DNA of 63,925 bases, filler included, from Octopus bimaculoides (taxonomy: Eukaryota), in assembly GCF_001194135.2 (NCBI RefSeq). It is 6 parts of 5 records of this genome, joined end to end, with 100 filler letters (N's around TTAATTAATTAA, not from the genome) between each part and the next. Parts side by side here need not be neighbours in the genome. Positions count along the whole stretch, not along the records: positions 46,010 to 57,715 come from NC_068982.1; positions 57,816 to 62,121 come from NC_069002.1; positions 62,222 to 63,925 come from NC_068982.1; 3 more parts are not named here. The stretch is one strand, 5' to 3'. The notes under the pieces are model-generated. The model was given only the letters and a program-made list of their open reading frames with translations, searched no databases and had not been told where the DNA came from. Shown piece by piece: positions 52,431 through 63,925 of this stretch (positions are counted from its first letter, which is position 1; the number at the start of each line of letters is the position of its first letter). Made by a program: the position numbers and the translations under genes.

Positions 52431-52542
52431 GAGATTCAGTTGAATTAGGTACTTAAGTTGAAGTACCAACTCAGTCCGGTATTATCTGCACAGCTGGAAG
52501 TAAGGTCAATAAAATCAAAATAAGCAACAGGAGATCAAGGAT

Positions 52543-52578
<36 letters not shown>

Positions 52579-53418
52579 GTTTAACGTCCGCTTTCCATGC
52601 TAGCATGGGTTGGACGATTTGACTGAGGACTGGTGAAACCGGATGGCAACACCAGGCTCCAGTCTAATTTGGCAGAGTTTCTACAGCTGGATGCCCTTCC
52701 TAACGCCAACCACTCAGAGAGTGTAGTGGGTGCTTTTACGTGTCACCCGCACGAAAACGGCCACGCTCGAAATGGTGTCTTTTATGTNNNNNNNNNNNNN
52801 NNNNNNNNNNNNNNNNNNNNNNNNNNNNNNNNNNNNNNNNNNNNNNNNNNNNNNNNNNNNNNNNNNNNNNNNNNNNNNNNNNNNNNNNNNNNNNNNNNNN
52901 NNNNNNNNNNNNNNNNNNNNNNNNNNNNNNNNNNNNNNNNNNNNNNNNNNNNNNNNNNNNNNNNNNNNNNNNNNNNNNNNNNNNNNNNNNNNNNNNNNNN
53001 NNNNNNNNNNNNNNNNNNNNNNNNNNNNNNNNNNNNNNNNNNNNNNNNNNNNNNNNNNNNNNNNNNNNNNNNNNNNNNNNNNNCCTCAACTGTTAGGGTG
53101 TGGCACTTTTTCACGCAGCTATCCTCATCCATTCTCACCACATGTCCATACCAGCGCAATCGTCTCTCTTGCACACCACAACTGATGCTTCTAATGTTCA
53201 GCTTTTCTCTCAAGATACTTACACTCTGACGGGTATTCACATTGACATTACCCATCCAACGGAGCATACTGGCTTCATTCCTTGCGAGCTTACGTATGTC
53301 CTCAGCAGTTACAGCCCATGTTTCACTGCCATGTAGCATGGCTGTACGTACGCATGCGTCATACAGTCTGCCTTTTACTCTGAGTGAGAGTCCCTTTGTT
53401 GCCAGCAGGGGTAATTTT
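52543..53418 (-). mobile_element. 5'-truncated copy of the same RTE-like LINE
   Basis: Open frame LPLLATKGLSLRVKGRLYDACVRTAMLHGSETWAV..LRWYGHVVRMDEDSCVKKC, then (across a gap) the 3' UTR and (GAT)n tail at 52543-52787. Confidence 0.92.
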
Positions 53419-53429
53419 GACGTATAATA

Positions 53430-54687
53430 TATTGGGTTTGCAACTAAGTTCCTGCCATTTTTTTAAATCCTGGAATTTATTGCGTTTTTAAATTTTGGAA
53501 TCGATTTTTTTCGAGAATTCTATTTTTGAATCATTTTGGAATCTATTTTGTTCTTTTTTGTTTCTTTTCAGATCATTAAAATTGGATGTCAAGTTAAGAA
53601 AAACGAGCATTTTCGACACCTCCTTTTTGCTTTTAATCAAGGTTCTAAGGCGGCAAAAGCTGCTCGCGACATTTGTGCTGTGTATGGAGAGGGTGCCATA
53701 CCTGAAAGAACCACTCGTGATTGGTATGCCAAGTTCAAAAATGGAAATTTTGACCTCGAAGACGCACCTTGTTCTGGCTGTCCAATTGAGTTCGATGAAG
53801 AGCGATTAAATCAACTTTTGCATGAAAATTCTCGTCAAACAACAAGAGAGCTAGCAGAGAAAATGGAATGCTCCCACACTGCTATAGAGAAGCATCTTCA
53901 CTCGATGGGAAAGGTTCAGAAGTATGGAGCATGAGTTCCGCATGCTTTAAGTGACAACAACAAAAATCAATGAGCCACAATCTCCACTGATTTGCTTGTT
54001 CATCACCGCTCAACTCATGGACACAAGCAACGATTTCTTTACTGAATTGTTATGGGTGACGAAAAATGGTGCCTGTACATCAATATGAAGCAGCATAAAG
54101 AATGGCTTAGCCCCAGTAAATAAGTGACACCCCACGTGAAACAAGATCTCCATATACATAAAACGATGTTGTGCATATGGTGGGACTGGGAAGGGATTAT
54201 CCATTACGAATTGGAACCAAATGGTCAACGCGGAACTCTATGTTCAACAGATGGAACGACTCAACACGGCAATTCAAGAGAAAAGACCTAATCGGCAGCA
54301 TGAAGTTCTTCTGCTGCATGACAATGCCTGCCCTCATATTGCCAATATGACCAAGGAAGCCTTTCAAATGCATGGCTGGGAAGTGCTGCCACATGCCGTA
54401 CTCTTCTGATTTGGCACCAACAGATTTCCACCTCTTTCGATGTCTTTCAAATGCTATGCACGGAGTTTCATTCAGTACTGATGCAGAATTAAGAGCTTGG
54501 CTGGATCAAACTTTCGAGTCGAAATTGGGTGATTTCTACCAACGAAGCATTGAAAATCTTGTTGAACGTTGGGAAGAAGTTGTAAACAACAAGGGTGAAT
54601 ACATTATTGCTTAATTAGTTGTTATTTTTTATTCAACTTTTAAAGAAAATTAAATTAAAATAAAATGGTGGGAACTTAGTTACCAAN
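53430..54687 (+). mobile_element. Full-length inactive mariner (DD34D) transposon
   Basis: Left TIR TTGGGTTTGCAACTAAGTTCCTGCCATTT; right TIR is the reverse complement of TTGGTAACTAAGTTCCCACCATTT. HTH region KAARDICAVYG..W..KFKNG. WVPHAL is broken by a TGA. GDEKW, HDNA and Y(S)SDLAPTDFHLF are present. Multiple stops and frameshifts. Confidence 0.95.
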
Positions 54688-54813
54688 NNNNNNNNNNNNN
54701 NNNNNNNNNNNNNNNNNNNNNNNNNNNNNNNNNNNNNNNNNNNNNNNNNNNNNNNNNNNNNNNNNNNNNNNNNNNNNNNNNNNNNNNNNNNNNNNNNNNN
54801 NNNNNNNNNNNNN

Positions 54814-55690
54814 TATATTGTCCTTGCCTTCGAAACGCGGAGTAGGTGAAACAGGGACAACTGACGAAGGGTATAAGTTCGTTTTCTACGTTTTTGTTTT
54901 TATGTTTTCGTTTCTCTTTGTGTTGAACGTTTTTTTGATGTCCTGTATCCATATATGCACGTATGTATACATATAGATGTAGGTATGTACATATATGTAT
55001 GGATCGAACGCTACGCATCCTTTTCCAAGTAAGTTTTATCTTAATAATTGCGATGCGCACTCTTCTACTATCTCTTCTCTGTCTATCTCTCTCCCTCTCT
55101 TGTTCTTCATCCTTTCTGCTTTTCTTTCCCACCCTTTCCCTATTCTTCTCTCCCTTTCATCATTCCCTCTCTCTCTCACTCTTCCTCCTTGACTCTCTTG
55201 TCTCTGATACATGACGAAAGGGGATCTCTCTTTCTGTCCACTGCCTTCCTAAAGAAAAGACGTGCTTTTTTCTGTCTCTTCTCTCATAGTTCGTCTACAT
55301 AGCGTTCATAATAATTTTTCTATCATCTTGGCTCAATAGCCCTCACTGTTTGTTTTTACTGTCTTGTTCTCACTGTCCTATTCTTGTTAACACTTTCACC
55401 CTCCGCAAAAACTCCCAAATCTTATTTAATTTGCTTTACAGGTAGGACTCTTTCAACGATGTCACTTATTGTCCTTGCCTTTGAAACGTGAAGTAGATGA
55501 AACAGGGACAACTGACAAAGGGGTATACTCTTTATGTTGCATGTCTTGTTTCTCTGTTTGTTTTTTCGTTGTTCAAAAAAAGTTTGTTTTCTATGTTTTT
55601 GTTTCCCATTGTGTTCAACGTTTTTTTTGATGTCCTGTACCCATATATGCATGTATATATACATATATATGTAGGTATGTACATATATTT
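54814..55690 (+). repeat. Two direct repeats (54814-54995 and 55445-55690) flanking a pyrimidine-rich spacer; probable PLE-derived element
   Basis: Both begin TTGTCCTTGCCTTYGAAACGYG..GAAACAGGGACAACTGACRAAGGG and end GATGTCCTGTAYCCATATATGCA. Partial family members at 31605-31720 and 61085-61260. Confidence 0.6.
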
Positions 55691-55707
55691 ATGGATATAT
55701 GCATATA

Positions 55708-55842
<135 letters not shown>

Positions 55843-56277
55843 TTTAAATACACAACTGACAGAGCTGCTAATAGTTTCATGCTATTATGCTATTTCAGGC
55901 TGAAATATTGCTTTCAGATACATGGCGTATTTGTTCAAATATCATAATAGCATAAAACTATTAGTAGCTCTTTGAATTATGCATTTTAATTGGTATTTAT
56001 CTCTCACTGGATGGAGTACTTTCTTTGTTGATTCTCCTTCTATTGGATCTTTAAACTATATATATATACATATGTATATATATATATATATATATATATT
56101 ACGGAGATGTACTTGCATAGCAAGTGACCTGATCTGAGATTGTGTGCTGAAACAAAAGCAATTACAGTGTGGGAGGTGTTTATAAGCCATTTAAAAACAC
56201 ACAAAAACCATTTGATTTACTTCAACATTTAAATTTAATTTGTCAAAATATTTTCGTCGCTTTGAGACCACAACCTG

Positions 56278-56453
56278 TAAACATGGGTACAAAATAGTAC
56301 CGGCAATTGCTAGAAATAGGTGTCAAAACAACTCAGAATAGCCACACAGGACACTAACGTCATGAATTGACGGTTAGTGCTCTGTGTGGCTATTTTGAGC
56401 CATTTTGACTCCTATTTCTAGCAATTCCCAGTGCTATTTTGTACCCCTGTTTA
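56278..56453. mobile_element. Foldback (palindromic) MITE-like element
   Basis: About 85-bp inverted arms (56278-56362 and 56368-56453), a 5-nt loop and TA at both ends. Confidence 0.65.
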
Positions 56454-57848
56454 TTAACTTGCCTTTAGTTTTAATTGCTAATGAGCCACCTATATTATAA
56501 TATATGTAGTACATTTTAAATATGTTAATATATCATATCTTATTGTACATATATATATATATATGATATATATATATATGTGTGTGTGTGTATGTATGTA
56601 TGCATCTATGTATGTATATATCATCAATATTAGCATTTAACATTCGCTTTTCATACTGGCATAGGCTGGTTATTCAATGGAACCAGTAAGCTACAGGGCT
56701 GCTTTCAACTCCAATGTCATCAATGACATAGTTTCTATGGTTGGATGCCCTTCCTAACACCAACCACTCTACAGAGTGTACTGGGTGCTTTTTTTTTTCT
56801 GTACCATTAGTGCTAGTGAAGTTGCTAAGTAACTTGCAAGTTAGAAGAGAACAGAGAATAAAGAAAGGGAAATATATCAAAGTGAAGATTAAAAAGACAA
56901 ACACACATGCAACCATACATATTTAGGCGTTCATACATACACACACATGTGCGTGCATGTGAATACATGTACACACACACACACACACACGTGTCAAGCT
57001 TCCATAAAGTTTCTGTTTGCTAATTTTACTTACAACGCATTTGTCAATTTGAAGTTATTGCATTAGATACATGCCCTAGCTGGAGCAAGGTGAGATCAAA
57101 TCTGTAACTGAGGATGTGAAAGCAAACTTCTTAACTAAATATGTACCAATAACAAAAATTATCAGGAAAATTTTCAAAACATGATACTAAATGAAAAATT
57201 TGTAATGATGGAAGACTGACATCTCTAACAACAGAAAGAAAACAAAGAAAGAAAATAAAGAAAAAGGAAAAGAGAGAAGAAGAGTAGAAAAGAAGAAGAA
57301 AAAAGGAGAGAAAGAGCCAAAGCTGAAATTACAACTAAAATAGGAAAATAAAATATAATGATTGACTGAGCAGTAAAACACAAATGCATGCATACATGTG
57401 TGCATATAGATGTACTCATACTTCTATGCATGTATATGTGTATGTGTGTGTGTGTGTGTGTATGTAAATATGAGTGTGTGTGTGTGTGTATATATATATG
57501 TATGTATGTATGTACAACCACCTGATACCTTACAGCAGCACAGATGTTTCAATACCTTCTCATATTACTTCAAAGGCCAGACTGCCTTTGAAGAGATTCA
57601 CAAACGAAAAGAAACAATTGTACTATTGTCAGGGACCCATTGGTTAATAAAAGTAAGTAACAGACTCTGCATCTATCACACATTTAGTACTTTATATATA
57701 TATATATATATATATNNNNNNNNNNNNNNNNNNNNNNNNNNNNNNNNNNNNNNNNNNNNTTAATTAATTAANNNNNNNNNNNNNNNNNNNNNNNNNNNNN
57801 NNNNNNNNNNNNNNNATATGTGTGTGTGTGTGTGTATATATATGTATG

Positions 57849-57879
<31 letters not shown>

Positions 57880-58249
57880 CCAGCTGTAAAAACCCTGCCA
57901 AAACAGACACAGTTGCCTGGGGTAGTCTTCTACCTGGCCAGCTGCATCACCTGTCCTACTCATTCATGCATGGAAGACAGATGTTAAACAATCATGTTGA
58001 TGATGATGATATATGTATATATGTGTATATATATAGGTGTGTGTGTCTTTGTGTTTGAGCTTGTTGCCCCACCACTGCTTGACAACTGGTGTTGGTGTAT
58101 TTACGTCCGCATAACTTAGCAGTTCAGCAAAAGAGAATGATAAACAAGTACCAGGCTTTAAAAAATAAGTCCTGGGCTCGATACGATCAACTAAAACCCT
58201 TCAAGGCAGTGCCCCAGCATGGCCACAGTCCAATGACTGAAGATAAAAA

Positions 58250-58430
58250 CCTCATTTGAAAATAAATTGAAGAAGAAAAAGACCACAAAACCTTCAAACA
58301 GAATTTGGACAAATTCGTCCAACGCATACCAGGCAAGCCAACAATATCTGGGTATGGTTTCACCAATGACAACAACAACTCCTTGGTTGAATGGGCTTCC
58401 GGAACACAGAACAGAAGATAATTATAGCAA
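58250..58430 (+). mobile_element. CR1-like LINE 3' end
   Basis: TFKQNLDKFVQRIPGKPTISGY..NNNSLVEW resembles the CR1-group terminus FKxxLDKFLxxIPDxP..GY..NSL. Confidence 0.6.
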
Positions 58431-60499
58431 CTGCTGCTATTAAATTACAGCACGGTCCCCACCATTACGGGGGGGGGGGGGCATATTTACCCTTATATCT
58501 TTTTGTACTCAACAGTTGTTGATTCTGTGTGTATGTGTGTGTGTGTATGTGTGTGTGCGTATGTGTGTGTGTGTATGTAGGTGGGTGGTTGCATGAGTCA
58601 GTTCTTTTTTGTGTATAGGAATGAGACATCCACATACTTATGAGTATAGGCTTTCTGACTATACACATAAGTATTCAGGCTTAATGAGGTGGTTGGCTAT
58701 ACACTAATATAAATATTTATGTCTGTGTTCAAGTATATATACATATATATATGTTCACACACATACACACACACACAAACACATATATATGTGTATGTAT
58801 ATCTGTATATATGTTTGTGCATGTGTTTATATATATATATATATNNNNNNNNNNNNNNNNNNNNNNNNNNNNNNNNNNNNNNNNNNNNNNNNNNNNNNNN
58901 NNNNNNNNNNNNNNNNNNNNNNNNNNNNNNNNNNNNNNNNNNNNNNNNNNNNNNNNNNNNNNNNNNNNNNNNNNNNNNNNNNNNNNNNNNNNNNNNNNNN
59001 NNNNNNNNNNNNNNNNNNNNNNNNNNNNNNNNNNNNNNNNNNNNNNNNNNNNNNNNNNNNNNNNNNNNNNNNNNNNNNNNNNNNNNNNNNNNNNNNNNNN
59101 NNNNNNNNNNNNNNNNNNNNNNNNNNNNNNNNNNNNNNNNNNNNNNNNNNNNNNNNNNNNNNNNNNNNNNNNNNNNNNNNNNNNNNNNNNNNNNNNNNNN
59201 NNNNNNNNNNNNNNNNNNNNNNNNNNNNNNNNNNNNNNNNNNNNNNNNNNNNNNNNNNNNNNNNNNNNNNNNNNNNNNNNNNNNNNNNNNNNNNNNNNNN
59301 NNNNNNNNNNNNNNNNNNNNNNNNNNNNNNNNNNNNNNNNNNNNNNNNNNNNNNNNNNNNNNNNNNNNNNNNNNNNNNNNNNNNNNNNNNNNNNNNNNNN
59401 NNNNNNNNNNNNNNNNNNNNNNNNNNNNNNNNNNNNNNNNNNNNNNNNNNNNNNNNNNNNNNNNNNNNNNNNNNNNNNNNNNNNNNNNNNNNNNNNNNNN
59501 NNNNNNNNNNNNNNNNNNNNNNNNNNNNNNNNNNNNNNNNNNNNNNNNNNNNNNNNNNNNNNNNNNNNNNNNNNNNNNNNNNNNNNNNNNNNNNNNNNNN
59601 NNNNNNNNNNNNNNNNNNNNNNNNNNNNNNNNNNNNNNNNNNNNNNNNNNNNNNNNNNNNNNNNNNNNNNNNNNNNNNNNNNNNNNNNNNNNNNNNNNNN
59701 NNNNNNNNNNNNNNNNNNNNNNNNNNNNNNNNNNNNNNNNNNNATATATATATATATAAGAGGTGGCTTTTTGGAATAATTTTTATTTTAATTCTACTTT
59801 GTTTATGAGTTTCAAGCTTCAAATAGCCATTTTCAAATTGAAAAAATGTATGTTTTACTGGTTGCTTAAATAGCAAAGAATTTTTTCTTAGAATTATACA
59901 CACATGAACGCGTGTATGCCATACATGAATGATTATGTATGTTATATATGTACAGAGCCTTAGTTTATTCAAGATATCATTTCAAATAGCTAGGTGTATA
60001 CATTTACACAAAGTGGCCTGACATATCAGGTGATTTCAAGCTTTGAGCTTCATGATTGGTACATTAAAACTTTCAAGTTATTTTCATTCGTAGCTATTGT
60101 TATTGTTGGATCAGTTGACATTGCTGTGAACCAGACTGGTCACTTGTTTCATTCTATTCAATAGAAGAACTTATTTCTAGAATTTCAGGATTTCTTAAGC
60201 TTGTATACATATTGGGGTAGCTTGCTGTTGCGTCACACTAGATAACTATCCTCCAGTCATCTCTTCACAGGAAAGAGGTTTTTTAACCCAGAAATTAACT
60301 TACTGCAAGTCTCAACAAAACAATCACTTATTATCTAACAACCTGTTTATCTATCTATCTATCTATCTACCTATCCATCCATCCATCTATCTACCCAATT
60401 TTTGTTGTTGTTTATTACATTACGTGCAAGGGAATACATTAAGTGTCAATTCTAAATTTGAAACTAAAACCAAACAAAACTATTGAGAAAGATGAGAAA

Positions 60500-60582
60500 A
60501 TCATAAGGAGGAAGACGAAGACGAAGAAGAAGAAGAAGAAGAAGAAGAAGAAGAAGAAGAAGAAGAAGAAGAAGAAGAAGAA

Positions 60583-60614
<32 letters not shown>

Positions 60615-60675
60615 AGAAAACGAAGACGAAGACAAAGAAGAAGAAGAAGAAGAAGAAGAAGAAGAAGAAGAAGGC
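60500..60675 (+). repeat. (GAA)n trinucleotide microsatellite
   Basis: Long GAA run with GAC/GAG interruptions; it explains the poly-K/L/S pseudo-ORFs. Confidence 0.95.
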
Positions 60676-60962
60676 GGCAAACTGACAACTAAAACAGTAA
60701 GATTAACAAGAGCAGCAGCAACACCAGACATATAAAAGCACGGTGACCGAATATGACATTGTTTTCGCAAAAGATGATTGAAAGGTTATGGAGAAGTAAT
60801 TCAATTGGAACTACCAAATTTGTGGAAAGACAGAAACAATATGAAGAAAAATCTGAGATCAGTTTGTGTGTTAAATACACACTCTTTTCTCTCAACTTCC
60901 TTTCATGTGCAGTAAGTTCATTTGTATCTATTCTGGCATATAATACATGCATACATATGTGT

Positions 60963-60999
<37 letters not shown>

Positions 61000-61265
61000 G
61001 ATATATATAGATATATCTATGTATAGATGAATGTGTGTGTGCATGTATGTATATATAATTACTTGTAATGCAGACTAGATAATACAGCCGACAACTGATG
61101 AAGAGTTGTTCTTTATGTTACTTGTCTTGTTTTCCATTTGTTTCTTTTGTTGTTCGCAAAAAAAAGTTTGTATTCCATGTTTTCGTATTTCGTATTTCAT
61201 GTTGTTTATGTTCTATGACGTCCTGTACCCATATATGCATATGTATATACATATATATGTAAGTA

Positions 61266-61635
61266 GGCACAGAAGTGGCTGTGTGGTAAGTAGCTAGCTT
61301 ACCAACCACATGGTTCTGGGTTCAGTCCTACTGCATGGCACCTTGGGCAAGTGTCTTCTACTATAGCCTCGGGCTGACCAAAGCCTTGTGAGTGGATTTG
61401 GTAGACGGAAACTGAAAGAAGCTCGTCGTATATATATGTATGTATATATTTGTGTGTCTGTGTTTGTCCCCACAACATTGTTCGACAACCAGTCCTGGTG
61501 TGTTTACATCCCCGGTACTTAGTGGTTCAGCAAGAGAGAGACTGATAGAGTAAGTACTAGGCTTACAAAGAATTTGCTTGACTAAAGGCGGTGCTCCAGC
61601 ACAGCTGCAGTCAAATGACTGAAACAAATAAAAGA
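61266..61635 (+). mobile_element. SINE family B, full copy
   Basis: Close match to 46063-46470. Confidence 0.85.
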
Positions 61636-61862
61636 AAAAAGAAAAAGAAAAACGAATATATGTATGTATATATGCATATATATATATATTGTTTATATTA
61701 TATAATTATATATATGTATATAAAATTGAGTGTGAAGTGAAACAATCATAGACAATGTTAAATAATTAATAAATTAATTCATTCATTGAATCTTTCCATT
61801 TTCAAACTTTTGTATAATGTATGTATATATGTATATGTGTGTGTATATATATATATATATAT

Positions 61863-62121
61863 ATCATCATCATCATCATCATCGTTTAACGTCCGCTTTC
61901 CATGCTAGCATGGGTTGGACGATTTGACTGAGGACTGGTGAACCAGATGGCTACACCAGGCTCCAATCTGATTCGGCAGAGTTTCTACAGCTGAATGCCC
62001 TTCCTAACACCAACCACTCCGAGTGTAGTGGGTGCTTTTACGTGCCACAGGTACGAAGGCCAGTCAGGCGGTACTGGCAACGGCCACGCTCAAAATGGTG
62101 TATTTTACATGCCACCTGCAC
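61863..62121 (-). mobile_element. RTE-like LINE 3' end
   Basis: Roughly 90% identical by eye to 52543-52770; carries the (GAT)n tail. Confidence 0.85.
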
Positions 62122-62221
62122 NNNNNNNNNNNNNNNNNNNNNNNNNNNNNNNNNNNNNNNNNNNNTTAATTAATTAANNNNNNNNNNNNNNNNNNNNNNN
62201 NNNNNNNNNNNNNNNNNNNNN

Positions 62222-62259
<38 letters not shown>

Positions 62260-62877
62260 CTAAGGAGGAGACATTTAGCTTGTTCCTAGCTGTGCAGAAT
62301 CAAATAACCAGAACATAATATACACATCATGAAAAGCACAGATAAAGGAAAAACAAACCTCCGCTTGGTTGCATGTAAAATATGTATTCAAAGAGAGAGA
62401 ATAGATTATTGCGCATGTAGATTTTTAATATAAAATGCTTGCTCAGAGAGTTTACAAGAACTGGAAACATGACAATGTTTCTGAAGTCGTACATTGACAA
62501 ATCTGTTAAATTTTTTTTTATTCAAACTCATGGTAAAAAAGAATGACCATAAAACAGAGTAAGTATTTGAAAATGACTATGTTAAAGAACTGTGAGATAC
62601 GAAAATTCAAACGGATTAGCAAAAATAGCACTCATGCTCATAAGGTTTCGGGATTAGCTTGATATCTATGGATATTAAATGAGGTATTTAATAATAATGT
62701 TTCAGTATATACTGTTTATATAGCATCCTCAGATAAAATGTGGCAAAGTGTGTTTGTTTTTGTGTATGTACGTGCGCTGCGCTTCTGTATATGCGTGTAA
62801 TTGTATTGTGTGTGCGAATGAGTGAGAGAGAGAGAGCGAGAGAGAGAGCGGGAGGGCTTATTAGTCCCTTATAACTA

Positions 62878-63084
62878 TACAGCAATCCCTCGACTATCGC
62901 GGGTGTTACATTCCAAAACCGCCCACAGAAATAATTAGAATCTAAAAATATAAGTGCATATCGGCCGCAGACACCCGGATATACTGAGGAGTCCGCGATA
63001 TAAATTTACATATATCAGTCAGAAAAATCCGCGATGTACTGAGTGCGCGATAGGTAAACCGCGATGTGGCGATGGCTTACTGTA
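62878..63084. mobile_element. Tigger/pogo-like MITE
   Basis: TA-CAGCAATCCCTCGACTATCGCGG ... CCGCGATGTGGCGATGGCTTACTG-TA. Confidence 0.75.
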
Positions 63085-63925
63085 TCTTTAAATATCTCAA
63101 ATCTTGAATTCTACTTGTTTTTACTTCGCGAACCTGGGATATTTTTCATTTATTTTTCCTGGATAATTTTAGATTTGTGTGCAAATTTTGGAAAACATTC
63201 ATAGACAAAAAGCGTCGATATTTCATACGCACATTCATACATACGCACATACACACACACACACATACATACATACATACATACATACATACATACATAA
63301 TACATGCATGCATGCATACACATACACATATATATATTAGTGTGTTCGTGTTTCTGTACACTTGTGTTCCCGTTACATTCATGAATGTGTGAGTGCATGC
63401 GTGCGTTTGCATGTGTGTTCGTGTGTAACAGCCTATATGTATATTAACCTAAATATTAGTCATTTGATTAAAATTTGATTACAACTTGAGATGTATTTTA
63501 CATTAATTGTAGTCAATGAAATGAGACTTAAATAGTCTTGATGAGACAGCAAGGAAAGTTTCCAGAAACAATGGCCCCAGCTATCTTACTGGATCCATTC
63601 CTCTTGTTTCCTGCCAGAATCCTTTTGCACAACTAATTTATTTCTTGTATTCATTTGTTGTTTTATTCATTTATTCATTGATTTTAATGTAAATTGTTTT
63701 CTTTTCTTTTCTTTCTTCTTTTCTATTCGTTCTTTTATATCACAATTATAGTTCAGACGCTAAGAAGTAGCTTCTCTTTCACTACTTAACTATTTTACAG
63801 TAAAACACACATGCAATCGTGCAGAAAGGGAGAGAAGGAGAGAGAGAGAAAGAGAGAGAGAGTGATGAGAGGGAGAGAGAGGGAAAGTACACACAGATAT
63901 ATACATAGATATTCAAACATATATA

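Noticed and set aside
60443-60770. Poly-Lys/Leu/Ser ORFs
   Set aside because: Translations of a (GAA)n microsatellite.

Overview
AT-rich, microsatellite-dense animal DNA with many N gaps. It is most likely an octopus (coleoid cephalopod) draft assembly; this is inferred from the repeat families, not verified. Five artificial N-TTAATTAATTAA-N linkers split the window into six independent pieces (1-21624, 21725-41538, 41639-45909, 46010-57715, 57816-62121, 62222-63925). I found no convincing host protein-coding gene; nearly all track ORFs are microsatellite or gap artefacts. Mobile elements dominate: three tRNA-derived SINE families, a near-full-length decayed RTE-like LINE plus several 3' ends, fragments of Tx1/L1, R4/Dong, CR1, BovB-like and Penelope elements, a full-length dead mariner, several mariner/Tc1/pogo/hAT remnants and MITEs, and Gypsy fragments. 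The most interesting signals are: (1) three type I hammerhead ribozyme motifs at 2292-2366 (+, intact core), 12270-12306 (+, minimal, variant core) and 14159-14209 (-, downstream of a Penelope RT); (2) an in-frame chimera of Gypsy gag, RT and protease fused to a Merlin-like transposase C-terminus; (3) a SINE 3' tail shared with the Tx1-like LINE in this window. All calls are by eye, with no database search.
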